A stretch of 64,000 nucleotides of DNA from an uncultured bacterium (GCA_963768835.1 CAVYJB010000002.1:298466-362465); one strand, 5' to 3'. Numbered from the stretch's first letter, positions 37,646-46,432 are shown. A program made the numbers and translations. Notes: generated by a model not told the origin, from the sequence alone.

Positions 37646-39214
37646 ATGTCCAGAATCAAGTTATTTCTCGCTTTTCTGAAGCGTCCTTGGGGCATCGTTC
37701 TCGTCGTTGTGGTACTCGGGACGGCAGCGTACATCGTTTTCGGCGCGGGGAAGAAGGCGGCGCCCGAGATCGTGGTGGTGAAGCGGGGGAACATCGCCCA
37801 GGAGGTTTCGGTGACGGGGCAGGTGAAGCCCATCCAGAGCGTGGATCTCGGATTCGATATCGCGGGGAGGGTGGCGCGCGTGCCGGTCGCGGTGGGGGAC
37901 CATGTGAACCGCGGAGACCTTCTGGTGGCTCTCGATGCGGGGGACCTGCAGGCGCAGCTCGCGGAAGCACAGGCGAACGTGGATGCCGAACAAGCGAATC
38001 TCGATTCCCTGGAGGCCGGCACGCGGCCGGAGGAGCTCCAGCTCTCGGCGGCGAAGGTGACGAGCGCCCAAGTGGCGGTGGGCCAGTCCCTCCAGGCGTT
38101 CACCGACGCCCTGCGGGACGCGCAGGTGAAGGCGGACGACGCCATCCGCAACAAGGTGGACCCTTTCTTCACGACGCCTCAGACGAATCCCCAGCTCGTG
38201 TTCTCCATCACGGACCCCCAGCTCCAGTTGGACCTTGAATCCATGCGGCTTTCGCTCGAGGGACGCCTCACGGCCTGGAGGGCCGCGGTCGCGAGTTTCA
38301 CGACCTCCACGGATCCCACCGCGCTCGACACGATGACGCAGGCGGACCTCGCGCTCGTGCAGACATTCCTCGGCAAGGTCACACTCGCCCTCAACAATCT
38401 CACGCCGTACGGGGGTCTCGCGCAGGCGACCATCGACGGCTGGCGCGCGAACGTTTCGACGGCGCGGGCGAACATCGGGCTTGCGATCACGGACCTCACG
38501 ACCGCGCGCGAGGCGTACCTGAACGCGGAGACCGCGGTCACGGTCGCGGAGAACCAGTACGCCCTGGATGCCGCGAGTTCCACGCCGGAGGACATCGCGG
38601 CGCAGACCGCGCGCGTGGAGCAGGCGCAAGGGAGCGTCGATTCCATCCGTGCGCAGATCGCGAAGACCTACATTCTCTCGCCCCTCGCGGGCGTGGTGAC
38701 GCAGCAGGACGCGAAGGTGGGCCAGGCGGCCACGCCGAACACGCCTCTCACGGGCGTGATGGGGGATGGGGGGCTCGAGATCGAGGCGGACATCGCGGAG
38801 GCGGACATCGCGAAGGTCGCGGTGGGGCAGTCCGCCGCGGTGACCCTCGACGCCTACGGGCCGGGGGTGCAGTTCCCCGCGACGGTCGTGAAGATCGACC
38901 CCGCGGAGACGATCCTCGAAGGAGTGGCCACCTACAAGACCACGCTTCAGTTCGTACAGAAGGACGACCGGGTGAAGTCGGGGATGACGGCGAACGTGGA
39001 TATCACGACGGCCGAGCACGACAATGTCCTGGTTCTGCCCCAGTACGCGGTCACGAACGCGAACGGCGTGCATACGGTGCAGGTGGAGCGCGGAGCAAAG
39101 GTGGAAACCGTGACGGTGACGACCGGGCTCCGCAGCCTGGACGGCACGACCGAGATTCTGAGCGGTCTTGCGGAGGGCGATCAGGTCGTGGTGGCGGGCT
39201 CCGCGACCCCCTAG
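37646..39214 (+). CDS. HlyD/MacA-type periplasmic adaptor (membrane fusion protein) with a long coiled coil
   Basis: 522 aa. N-terminal TM, then a biotinyl/lipoyl-like beta-hairpin (GQVKPIQSVDLGFDIAGRVARVPVAVGDHVNRGDLLVALD), an extended coiled coil and a C-terminal beta-barrel. Confidence 0.8.
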   Translation: MSRIKLFLAFLKRPWGIVLVVVVLGTAAYIVFGAGKKAAPEIVVVKRGNIAQEVSVTGQVKPIQSVDLGFDIAGRVARVPVAVGDHVNRGDLLVALDAGDLQAQLAEAQANVDAEQANLDSLEAGTRPEELQLSAAKVTSAQVAVGQSLQAFTDALRDAQVKADDAIRNKVDPFFTTPQTNPQLVFSITDPQLQLDLESMRLSLEGRLTAWRAAVASFTTSTDPTALDTMTQADLALVQTFLGKVTLALNNLTPYGGLAQATIDGWRANVSTARANIGLAITDLTTAREAYLNAETAVTVAENQYALDAASSTPEDIAAQTARVEQAQGSVDSIRAQIAKTYILSPLAGVVTQQDAKVGQAATPNTPLTGVMGDGGLEIEADIAEADIAKVAVGQSAAVTLDAYGPGVQFPATVVKIDPAETILEGVATYKTTLQFVQKDDRVKSGMTANVDITTAEHDNVLVLPQYAVTNANGVHTVQVERGAKVETVTVTTGLRSLDGTTEILSGLAEGDQVVVAGSATP

Positions 39215-39224
39215 CCCGGTTCCT

Positions 39225-39950
39225 ATGGCGCTCATCGAGGTAAAGGACCTCGTAAAAACCTACCAGGAGGAGGGGGGCAGTGTGGGGACGCAGGCGCTCG
39301 CCGGCGTCTCCTTTTCGATTGAGAAAGGCGAGTTTGTCGCGGTGATGGGCCCGTCGGGCTCGGGCAAATCGACGCTCCTCCACGTGCTGGGGTTCCTCGA
39401 CCGCCAGACCAGCGGCACCTACCGGTTCGACGGACGCTCGAGCGACGAGTACACGGGGGACGAGCTCGCCGCCGTGCGGAACGAGAAGATGGGGTTCGTC
39501 TTCCAGTCGTTCAACCTCCTCCCGCGGGCCTCGGTCCTCGAGAACGTACAGCTCCCGTTCCTCTATTCGGGCGTCTCGGATCGCGAGTGGGAGAAGCGCG
39601 CCACGACGGCCATCGAGCGGGTCGGACTTTCCCCTCGGCTGCGGTTCCCGACCTCCCAGCTCTCGGGCGGGGAGCGCCAGCGCGTCGCGATCGCGCGCGC
39701 CCTGGTTCTGAATCCCCAGATCATCTTCGCCGACGAACCCACCGGCAACCTCGACTCGAAGTCGGGCGAGACCGTGATCGAAATTCTGCAGAGGCTGAAC
39801 GAAGAGGAGGGGCACACGGTGGTTCTGATTACCCACGAGACGCACACCGCGGAGCACGCGGAGCGCATCCTTCACATCATCGACGGAGCCCTCGACCGCG
39901 ACGTCAAGGTGGCGCAGCGCCGCAAGATCGGCGACGCGTTACTTAAATAA
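39225..39950 (+). CDS. ABC transporter ATP-binding protein (MacB/LolD type)
   Basis: MALIEVKDLVKTY...GPSGSGKSTLL (Walker A), LSGGERQRVAIARAL (signature), IIFADEPTGNLD (Walker B). The frame is open from 39168; ATG 39225 is the likely start. Confidence 0.9.
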   Translation: MALIEVKDLVKTYQEEGGSVGTQALAGVSFSIEKGEFVAVMGPSGSGKSTLLHVLGFLDRQTSGTYRFDGRSSDEYTGDELAAVRNEKMGFVFQSFNLLPRASVLENVQLPFLYSGVSDREWEKRATTAIERVGLSPRLRFPTSQLSGGERQRVAIARALVLNPQIIFADEPTGNLDSKSGETVIEILQRLNEEEGHTVVLITHETHTAEHAERILHIIDGALDRDVKVAQRRKIGDALLK

Positions 39951-39954
39951 TCCC

Positions 39955-41193
39955 ATGCATCTCCGCCATCTCGTGAAAACCTCGATCTCCAGCCTCTCCG
40001 TGCACCGGTCCCGGACGCTCCTCACGATTCTGGGGATCGTCATCGGTATCGCGGCCATCATGATCGTGATGTCCCTGGGCACCGGCGCGCAGGGCATCAT
40101 CCTGGGGCAGATCCAGGGCATCGGCGCGAAGACCATCGCGGTCTTGCCGGGGCGGGAACCCACGAGCCCGACCGATGTCACCTCGCTCTTCTCGGATTCG
40201 CTCAAACAGCGCGATCTGGACGAGCTCCGCAACCGCTCGAACGTGCCGACCGCGACCCGCGTCGAACCCATCGTCCTCGGCTCGGAGCCCGTGAACTACC
40301 AGTCGAACGTCTACCAGACGACCATCATCGGCGGGACAAGCTATCTGTTCGACATTTACAACATTGATGTGACCGACGGCCGGGCGTTCACCGACGACGA
40401 GGTCCAGTCGAACGCGCCCGTGGCCATCATCGGCGAGACGATCCGGGAGAAGCTTTTCGGGACCGACGACCCCATCGGGCAGAAGGTCCGCGTCAAGGGG
40501 CAGAATCTCACGGTGATCGGGCTCATCCCGCAGAAGGGCCAGTTTTCCTTCCTGAACTTCGACGAGATCATGCTCGTCCCCTACACCACGGCGCAGCAGT
40601 ACATCTTCGGCATCAAGTACTTCAACCGGCTGATCGTGGAAGCGGACACCGAGGCGCACGTGAACCGGACCGTGACGGATATCCAGACGACGCTCCGGGA
40701 AGCGCACAACATTACCGACCCCTCGAAGGACGATTTCTTCATCCAGACCCAGCAGGGGATCCTGCAGCAGGTGTCGACCATCACGAACGCCATGAAGCTC
40801 TTCATCGCCGCGGTCGCGGCCATCTCCCTCATCGTGGGCGGCGTCGGCATCATGAATATCATGCTGGTCGCCGTGACGGAGCGGACCCGCGAGATCGGCC
40901 TCCGGAAGGCCCTGGGCGCGCGGGACCGGGACATCCTGCTCCAGTTCCTCCTCGAGGCCACGATGCTCACCTCGACGGGCGGCGCCTTGGGCATCGGTCT
41001 GGGGACGCTCTTTTCCTTCGCGACCTCCTTCGTTTTGACGAAGTACCTGAACACTGCCTGGCCCTTCGACTTCCCGGTCGTCGCGGCGCTCCTCGGGCTC
41101 GGGGTCGCGGCGGCGGTCGGATTCCTGTTCGGCATCTATCCCGCGCGCCAGGCGGCGAAGAAGAGCCCCATCGAAGCGCTGCGCTATGAGTGA
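39955..41193 (+). CDS. ABC transporter permease (FtsX/MacB family)
   Basis: 412 aa. N-terminal TM, a large periplasmic domain, and a C-terminal 3-TM FtsX domain with GIMNIMLVAVTERTREIGLRKALGA. Confidence 0.85.
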   Translation: MHLRHLVKTSISSLSVHRSRTLLTILGIVIGIAAIMIVMSLGTGAQGIILGQIQGIGAKTIAVLPGREPTSPTDVTSLFSDSLKQRDLDELRNRSNVPTATRVEPIVLGSEPVNYQSNVYQTTIIGGTSYLFDIYNIDVTDGRAFTDDEVQSNAPVAIIGETIREKLFGTDDPIGQKVRVKGQNLTVIGLIPQKGQFSFLNFDEIMLVPYTTAQQYIFGIKYFNRLIVEADTEAHVNRTVTDIQTTLREAHNITDPSKDDFFIQTQQGILQQVSTITNAMKLFIAAVAAISLIVGGVGIMNIMLVAVTERTREIGLRKALGARDRDILLQFLLEATMLTSTGGALGIGLGTLFSFATSFVLTKYLNTAWPFDFPVVAALLGLGVAAAVGFLFGIYPARQAAKKSPIEALRYE

Positions 41194-41253
41194 CTCCGCG
41201 TCTTCCGTTCCTGCGTGGTACTATATAGAAGCATAACGCGATTCTAGGCTCCC

Positions 41254-42300
41254 ATGGATCGATTCTTTCTTGGAATGCTCGTGTTCATCCCGCTCGCAGC
41301 GGGAGCTGCCCTGCTGCACGCCGCGCCGACCGCGGTGTTCTTCCTTTCGGCCCTCGCCATCGTGCCGCTCGCGAAGTACATCGGGGAAGCGACCGATGAG
41401 CTTTCCGCCCACACGGGCCCCGGCCTCGGCGGCATTCTGAACGCCACCTTCGGGAACGCCACGGAGCTCATCATCGGCATCATGGCCTTGCAGGCGGGGC
41501 TCCTCGACGTGGTCAAGGCTTCCATCACGGGCTCCATTATCGGGAACCTGCTCCTTGTTCTGGGCACCGCGATGCTCGCGGGCGGCATGAAGTACAAGGA
41601 ACAGGAGTTCAACCGTACGGCAGCCCTCGCGAGCGCCGCGACGATGCTCCTCGCGGTCATCGCGCTCGTTGTGCCCGCGATCTTCATTCAGACGTCCCCC
41701 CAGGTGACCAGCTACACGGTCGAGGAGCTTTCACTCTTCGTGGCCGCCCTCATGGCGGTCGTCTACATCGGGCAGATCCTTTTCACTCTCTGGACCCACC
41801 GCCACCTCTATGTGCAGGAGGTGGGGAAGTTCGAAGCGCGGTGGAGCAAGACGAAGGGCATTCTCGTGCTTCTCGTCGCGACCGTCGCCGTCGCCTTTAT
41901 GAGCGAGATCCTCGTGGGGGCCATCCAGCCCCTGGTGGCGCAGTTTGGCTGGACGGAGCTTTTTATCGGGGTCATCTTCGTCGCCATCATCGGGAATGCC
42001 GCCGAGCACACCTCCGCAGTCGTGATGGCCCTCAAAAACAAGATGGACCTCGCGCTCCAGATCGCCATCGGATCGACGACCCAAGTCGCGATGCTCGTGG
42101 TGCCCGTCCTCGTGTTCGTGGGAGTCCTCGTCGGGCACCCCATGAACCTCATCTTCGACACGTTCGAGCTTATCGCCATCGTCCTTGCGGTCCTCGTCGC
42201 GAACCTCGTCGTCGAGGACGGGAAATGCAACTGGCTTGAGGGGGTCCAGCTTCTCGTCGCCTACGCCATCATGGGTATCGGGTTCTTCTTCCACCCCTAA
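41254..42300 (+). CDS. Ca2+/H+ antiporter (CaCA family, ChaA/CAX-like)
   Basis: 348 aa. Two alpha-repeat signatures, GNATELIIGIMAL and GNAAEHTSAVVMA. Confidence 0.85.
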   Translation: MDRFFLGMLVFIPLAAGAALLHAAPTAVFFLSALAIVPLAKYIGEATDELSAHTGPGLGGILNATFGNATELIIGIMALQAGLLDVVKASITGSIIGNLLLVLGTAMLAGGMKYKEQEFNRTAALASAATMLLAVIALVVPAIFIQTSPQVTSYTVEELSLFVAALMAVVYIGQILFTLWTHRHLYVQEVGKFEARWSKTKGILVLLVATVAVAFMSEILVGAIQPLVAQFGWTELFIGVIFVAIIGNAAEHTSAVVMALKNKMDLALQIAIGSTTQVAMLVVPVLVFVGVLVGHPMNLIFDTFELIAIVLAVLVANLVVEDGKCNWLEGVQLLVAYAIMGIGFFFHP

Positions 42301-42310
42301 CGCGCTCTCC

Positions 42311-42634
42311 ATGATTGAATTTCCGGATTTTCAGAAGGTGGAGCTGAAGGTGGGGAAGATCCTCACCGCGGAGCGCGTCGAAGGCTCCGACAAGCTCGTG
42401 AAGCTCTCGGTGGACCTCGGCGGCGAGACCCGGCAGATTGTGGCGGGCATCGGGAAGAAATACACCCCCGAGGAGCTCGTGGGCCGGCAGATTATCGTGG
42501 TCGCGAACCTCGCCCCTCGCATGCTCTTGGGGCTCGAATCGAACGGGATGCTCCTCGCCGCGCACGACGCGGAGGGCGGCCCCATCCTCCTCATGCCCGA
42601 CAAGGAGGCTCCGCCTGGAAGCACTGTGAGTTAG
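42311..42634 (+). CDS. csaA: tRNA-binding domain protein (CsaA/Trbp111-like OB fold)
   Basis: ATG 42311 (MIEFPDFQKVELKVGKILTAERVEGSDKLVKLSVDLGGE..QIVAGI) matches the EMAP/CsaA tRNA-binding domain. Confidence 0.8.
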   Translation: MIEFPDFQKVELKVGKILTAERVEGSDKLVKLSVDLGGETRQIVAGIGKKYTPEELVGRQIIVVANLAPRMLLGLESNGMLLAAHDAEGGPILLMPDKEAPPGSTVS

Positions 42635-42648
42635 AAGGATTGGGAGAG

Positions 42649-42666
42649 TTCGAATCCAAGGCCCCC
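42649..42666 (+). repeat. Truncated copy (TTCGAA-TCCAAGGCCCCC) of the cassette-associated direct repeat, 15 nt after the csaA stop
   Basis: Shares TTCGAA and TCCAAGGCCCCC with the four full repeats downstream. Confidence 0.6.
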
Positions 42667-42678
42667 ACGCCGACCAGG

Positions 42679-42686
42679 TGTATAAT
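42679..42686 (+). promoter_or_regulatory. Extended -10 element (TGTATAAT) 14 nt upstream of cassette gene A
   Basis: caggTGTATAATaagc then ATG at 42701 with a very short leader. Confidence 0.5.
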
Positions 42687-42700
42687 AAGCTTAATTCACT

Positions 42701-43384
42701 ATGACTGTAGTTCTGACGATTGCTTTTCTAATTGTAGGCTGCCTCATCGGATACATATACGCGAGCCGTAGATTTCAGGAAGAGAAAAATCAGGCACTAA
42801 GAGATTTAGGACTACAGAAAGAAGAAGCGCAAAGGGTCTTAGCGCAGCAGAAAGAACAACTACTAAAGGAAGCGGAGCAGGCGAAAGAACAAGAGCTGAG
42901 AGAATTAGGACAACAGAAAGAGGAGGCACAGAAGGAATTGGCGCGTCTAAAGGAAGAGCTGCAAAAAGAAGCCGAGCTGCAGAAAAAAAGGACGCTCGAA
43001 GGTTCGAGAGCTGGCATCAAGGGAAGGGTTGCTGAAAACCTTGCTTTGCTCATCCCTGATTTTCAAGAACAACATCCTGATTTAAAGATCTCTGAGGCGA
43101 GGTTCACAGGAGAGCCGATTGACTATCTATTCTTTGAAGGAATCGACGAAAAGAACATTACGAAAGTCATTTTTCTCGAAGTTAAGTCTGGGAAACATCC
43201 TCAACTAAACCCGACCGAAGCCAGCCTAAAAAATGTCATAGATGACGCGGAGACCAAGGGCGCGAATGTGATTTGGCGAGAATACATAGTTCATGAGCCA
43301 GAGATTCAGGCTATTCCGCCACCGGAAGTTCCAGGAGAAAGCACTGAAGCTCCTACCTCAATACCCCCTACCGAAAAAGCCTAG
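42701..43384 (+). CDS. Membrane-anchored coiled-coil protein with a C-terminal Hjc-like PD-(D/E)xK nuclease domain (COG4741 / Endonuc_Holl-like)
   Basis: 227 aa. N-terminal TM (VVLTIAFLIVGCLIGYIYA), a heptad/charged coiled coil, and a C-terminus (GRVAENLALLIPDF...PIDYLFFEGIDEKNITKVIFLEVKSGKHPQLNPTEASLKNVIDDAETKGANVI) that fits the Hjc catalytic D...E.K arrangement. Low-GC region. Confidence 0.65.
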   Translation: MTVVLTIAFLIVGCLIGYIYASRRFQEEKNQALRDLGLQKEEAQRVLAQQKEQLLKEAEQAKEQELRELGQQKEEAQKELARLKEELQKEAELQKKRTLEGSRAGIKGRVAENLALLIPDFQEQHPDLKISEARFTGEPIDYLFFEGIDEKNITKVIFLEVKSGKHPQLNPTEASLKNVIDDAETKGANVIWREYIVHEPEIQAIPPPEVPGESTEAPTSIPPTEKA

Positions 43385-43401
43385 CTCACCGAAGCCTCCA
43401 A

Positions 43402-43429
43402 AATCGTTCGAACATCGTCCAAGGCCCCC
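43402..43429 (+). repeat. Cassette-associated direct repeat copy 1 (AATCGTTCGAACATCGTCCAAGGCCCCC)
   Basis: 17 nt after the gene A stop and 4 nt before the gene B start. Confidence 0.9.
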
Positions 43430-43432
43430 AAC

Positions 43433-44227
43433 ATGGAATCTTATAACCCACAAGACTTCAAGAATTTGGCAATTTCCGCGGCGGAACAAGCCGGAGATGT
43501 TTTAATGCGTCACTATGGCAATGTCGTCACGGAATTTAAAGAAGGGGGCTTTGATATGGTATCGATAGTTACCAAAGCTGACCGAGAATCTGAGGACTGT
43601 ATCGCCGGGGCTATTAGAAAGCACTTTCCCGCTCACGGCATTTATGGAGAAGAGGGAACTGACGAGAAAAGTGGAGCTGAGTATATCTGGTATATAGATC
43701 CACTTGATGGTACTTCAAATTTCACAAGAAACATTCCACTTTTTGGCATATCAATTGGTCTCATAAAGAACGGCCGTCCCATCGTTGGTGTTTTGCACTT
43801 TCCGGCACTTAAGCTTCTGCTTAGCGCCGAAGATGGGAAGGGTGCTTTTGCAAATGGCACAAAAATTAAGGTTTCGACGCGGTCTCTGGAACAATCCTTG
43901 TACTACTCTGGGGGAAAGTATAAATCAGACTTCTTGAACCAACTTCAACCTGATATTGCATCGGCTGTTGGGTTGATAAAAATTATTGATGCCAGCAGCT
44001 ACGAATTCGCACAAATCGCTATGGGTGATGCCGAGATATATTTCCTGAAAAATGTACCGTATGATGTCGTTGCCGGCATCTGCGTTGTTCGTGAAGCTGG
44101 AGGGGTCGTAAGCGATGCTGAAGGAAATGAATGGCAGCTCTCTTCAAAAGAAATCTTAGCTACCACCCCAAGCTTGCATCCAAAGATATTATCCCTCCTT
44201 CGCGGCCGAGAGTCTACGAATTCATAG
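43433..44227 (+). CDS. Inositol monophosphatase / SuhB / CysQ-family phosphatase
   Basis: 264 aa. GEEGTDEK...WYIDPLDGTSNF and the C-terminal DVVAGICVVREAGGVVSD IMPase-family motifs. Confidence 0.85.
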   Translation: MESYNPQDFKNLAISAAEQAGDVLMRHYGNVVTEFKEGGFDMVSIVTKADRESEDCIAGAIRKHFPAHGIYGEEGTDEKSGAEYIWYIDPLDGTSNFTRNIPLFGISIGLIKNGRPIVGVLHFPALKLLLSAEDGKGAFANGTKIKVSTRSLEQSLYYSGGKYKSDFLNQLQPDIASAVGLIKIIDASSYEFAQIAMGDAEIYFLKNVPYDVVAGICVVREAGGVVSDAEGNEWQLSSKEILATTPSLHPKILSLLRGRESTNS

Positions 44228-44231
44228 CCAG

Positions 44232-44257
44232 AATCGTTCGAACATCGTCCAGGCCCC
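44232..44257 (+). repeat. Cassette-associated direct repeat copy 2 (one-base deletion variant)
   Basis: AATCGTTCGAACATCGTCCAGGCCCC, 4 nt after the gene B stop. Confidence 0.9.
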
Positions 44258-44271
44258 GCAATGATACGAAC

Positions 44272-44859
44272 ATGAATTGGCACCTCCTACTGGGAATAAT
44301 TGGCGGCGTCATCGCTCTGCTCGCCGTCATTCCCTACATCAGAGACATTCTCAAAAAAACGACTCGCCCTAACACCGTTTCCTGGTCTATCTGGGCATTC
44401 CTTCTGCTAATTTCGATCCTGGCCCAAATGAGTGCTGGCGCATCATGGTCGATCATTCTTCTCGTTGGAGACTTCATCGGAACAGGCACGATAGTCATAT
44501 TTTGTTTAATTGGCTACGGATACAGGAAATATGGGTGGATCGAATGGGCATGCCTTACTCTCGCAATCCTCGCAATCATTTCTTGGCAAACCACCCAGCA
44601 ACCCCTTCTGGCTATCGCTTTCGCGGTTGTGGCCGATGCGATGGCTGCCATACCGACCCTGGTTAAGGCATACCGCGATCCTTGGTCGGAACATCCGACC
44701 ATGTGGCTCATCATCGCGCTCGGAGCTCTGCTTAGCATTCTCTCTACTACAATTCTTAATCCGCCCAATCTTTTGTTCCCCGCCTACCTCCTTGCTATGA
44801 ATGGAGCCATCGGTATTGTGGCGCTCGCTGGCAGAGGGGTTAATAGGCCAAACCCCTAA
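44272..44859 (+). CDS. Hypothetical 6-TM membrane protein
   Basis: The frame is open from 44131, but that stretch overlaps gene B and the repeat. ATG 44272 gives MNWHLLLGIIGGVIALLAVIPY... (195 aa), all hydrophobic helices. Confidence 0.55.
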   Translation: MNWHLLLGIIGGVIALLAVIPYIRDILKKTTRPNTVSWSIWAFLLLISILAQMSAGASWSIILLVGDFIGTGTIVIFCLIGYGYRKYGWIEWACLTLAILAIISWQTTQQPLLAIAFAVVADAMAAIPTLVKAYRDPWSEHPTMWLIIALGALLSILSTTILNPPNLLFPAYLLAMNGAIGIVALAGRGVNRPNP

Positions 44860-44860
44860 G

Positions 44861-44885
44861 AATCGTTCGAACATCGTCCAAGGCC
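44861..44885 (+). repeat. Cassette-associated direct repeat copy 3
   Basis: AATCGTTCGAACATCGTCCAAGGCC, 1 nt after the gene C stop. Confidence 0.9.
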
Positions 44886-44958
44886 TGGGAAATGCGTTTT
44901 AACAGGCGATGATACTTGCTTGATAGGAGATCTAGGTTGGTATACTATTTGCATATAA

Positions 44959-45282
44959 ATGAAGTATAAGAACACGCTTCAAAAAGGGTCCGTCCGCTAT
45001 ATCGTTTTTAAAGACGACGGTGTTTGGTATGCGGTAGCCTTGGAATTCAATATTGTAGAGGCGGGAGACGACCCGCGTGAAGCTCTGAACCTGCTCTTTG
45101 AAGCGATCCAGGGTTATGTGAGGTCGGCGCGGAAAATTAAGGCGCGGCCACAGATTCTAAATCAACGAGCCGATTCGGAATACGAGGACCTATGGCAGAG
45201 CCTACAAGAGCGTAAACGAAGCCTTGCGTCGCGTTCCATGCCTGTTTTTACGTTCGGCGAACGGTCACTAGCAGCGGCCTAG
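44959..45282 (+). CDS. hicB: HicB-family (UPF0150) antitoxin-like protein
   Basis: 107 aa. YIVFKDDGVWYAVALEFNIVEAGDDPREALNLLFEAIQGYV matches the HicB N-terminal domain. A TATACT box lies upstream. Confidence 0.6.
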   Translation: MKYKNTLQKGSVRYIVFKDDGVWYAVALEFNIVEAGDDPREALNLLFEAIQGYVRSARKIKARPQILNQRADSEYEDLWQSLQERKRSLASRSMPVFTFGERSLAAA

Positions 45283-45288
45283 AGCGAT

Positions 45289-45522
45289 ATGCCGCGAGGT
45301 GTTTTTAACTGGACCTTCGACGACATTGTCCGGTTTCTTAAGGACAATCGGTTTACCTTGAATCATGTGGAGGGGAGCCATTATTTTTATATTGGAACAT
45401 CTGGCGGGAGCCTACGCCAGGTCTGTGTGCCCTTCCACGGAAAGCGAGTAATTAATCCGCGAACCCTGAAAGGTATTATTCGACAGTCGGGGATTGCAAA
45501 AGATCGCTGGTTGAGACGTTAG
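45289..45522 (+). CDS. hicA: HicA-family (YcfA-like) mRNA interferase toxin
   Basis: 77 aa. IVRFLKDNRFTLNHVEGSHYFY...QVCVPFHGKRVINPRTLKGIIRQSGI matches the HicA fold motifs (GSH..., PxH, tl..il.q.g). Starts 6 nt after hicB. Confidence 0.7.
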   Translation: MPRGVFNWTFDDIVRFLKDNRFTLNHVEGSHYFYIGTSGGSLRQVCVPFHGKRVINPRTLKGIIRQSGIAKDRWLRR

Positions 45523-45544
45523 TTTTCTTGGATATAATCCCAAA

Positions 45545-45572
45545 AATCGTTCGAACATCGTCCAAGGCCCCC
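45545..45572 (+). repeat. Cassette-associated direct repeat copy 4
   Basis: AATCGTTCGAACATCGTCCAAGGCCCCC, 22 nt after the hicA stop. Confidence 0.9.
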
Positions 45573-45596
45573 AGCTAAGGTTTGCCTGGCAAAAGA

Positions 45597-45625
45597 TTGA
45601 CAAATAGCACTAAATAGTGCTATTT
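45597..45625 (+). promoter_or_regulatory. Sigma70-like promoter (TTGACA-17-TATTTT) overlapped by a perfect 9-bp inverted repeat ATAGCACTA-aa-TAGTGCTAT (operator-like)
   Basis: ttgacaaatagcactaaatagtgctattttact. SD AAGGAG lies before ATG 45686. Confidence 0.65.
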
Positions 45626-45685
45626 TACTTTTCAGTCATTTACCAGCGGTATTTTATCCATGAACACTAGAGAAAGGAGTTCGGT

Positions 45686-46432
45686 ATGTGCGGATTCATC
45701 AGCTGGATCGAAACATCTCTAATCTCTCCGAAGTCGGGCCTCTTTTACCTGACCGACGCGCAGGCCTACTCGGACCGAGGGAAGGAGGTTCTTGCGGGAG
45801 CCCAGGACAACGACATTCTGGGCCACGGGGCGATCCGCGCGTTCTACGACCTGGGGCAAGTGGGGAAAGAGCACGAGGTGACGGATTTCTGGAACCTCGA
45901 GAAGCTCCCCTCCGAGCTCCAGGAAAAGATCAGGAATTTTGATCTGTACTGGGGCAGGATGTTCCGGAGCGGCTGCTTTCAGGACGATGATCTCCGTCAT
46001 ATTCTATTGCATGCCCCTTCCGGTTGGAGAGAGAAAGCATGGACGCAGCTTCTCATGCAGCATCCCACGAACAGCGATTTCCTTATCATCGTGCGGGATG
46101 CCCCCGCCGAGTGGAAAGAGAGGGCGTCTGCGCAACTCTTTGAGCAGGATCTCTCGAATGAAGATCTCCGCTACATCATGGCGTACGGCACTCCCGAGTT
46201 GCAGGAGAAAGCCTGGAAGCGTCTGATGGAACAGGGTCCTTCCAGCGGCGAACTCTGCGCAGTCGTTGCGTTCACTCCCCAGCAATGGAAAGAGAGGGCA
46301 TGGGATATGCTCACGACACGGGAGCTCTCAGACGAAAACCTTCGTTTCCTGGAGATGCACGCCCCCCATGCATGGGCGCAGAAGGTTCGCGTGGAGCTTG
46401 TGAAGAGGGGGAAGGGAAGTCTCGGCCTCTGA
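45686..46432 (+). CDS. Hypothetical repeat protein (four ~36-aa DLR..I....P..WKERAW..L repeats)
   Basis: 248 aa. The repeats are DDLRHILLHAPSGWREKAWTQLL / APAEWKERASAQLF..EDLRYIMAYGTPELQEKAWKRLM / TPQQWKERAWDMLT..ENLRFLEMHAPHAWAQKV. Confidence 0.6.
   Translation: MCGFISWIETSLISPKSGLFYLTDAQAYSDRGKEVLAGAQDNDILGHGAIRAFYDLGQVGKEHEVTDFWNLEKLPSELQEKIRNFDLYWGRMFRSGCFQDDDLRHILLHAPSGWREKAWTQLLMQHPTNSDFLIIVRDAPAEWKERASAQLFEQDLSNEDLRYIMAYGTPELQEKAWKRLMEQGPSSGELCAVVAFTPQQWKERAWDMLTTRELSDENLRFLEMHAPHAWAQKVRVELVKRGKGSLGL

Noticed and set aside
37661-39235. 524-aa minus-strand ORF
   Set aside because: Antisense to the HlyD/MacA adaptor gene. Arg/His/Leu-rich with no motifs.
42641-42666. GAGTTCGAATCC resembles a tRNA T-arm (GGTTCGAATCC), suggesting a tRNA gene or tRNA-derived attB
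   Set aside because: No complementary T-stem, acceptor stem or anticodon arm can be formed from the surrounding sequence. I kept it only as a truncated copy of the cassette repeat.
43402-45572. Possibility that the four 25-28 nt direct repeats are a CRISPR array
   Set aside because: The intervening sequences are 600-830 nt and contain complete protein-coding genes. CRISPR spacers are ~30-40 nt, and no cas genes are present.
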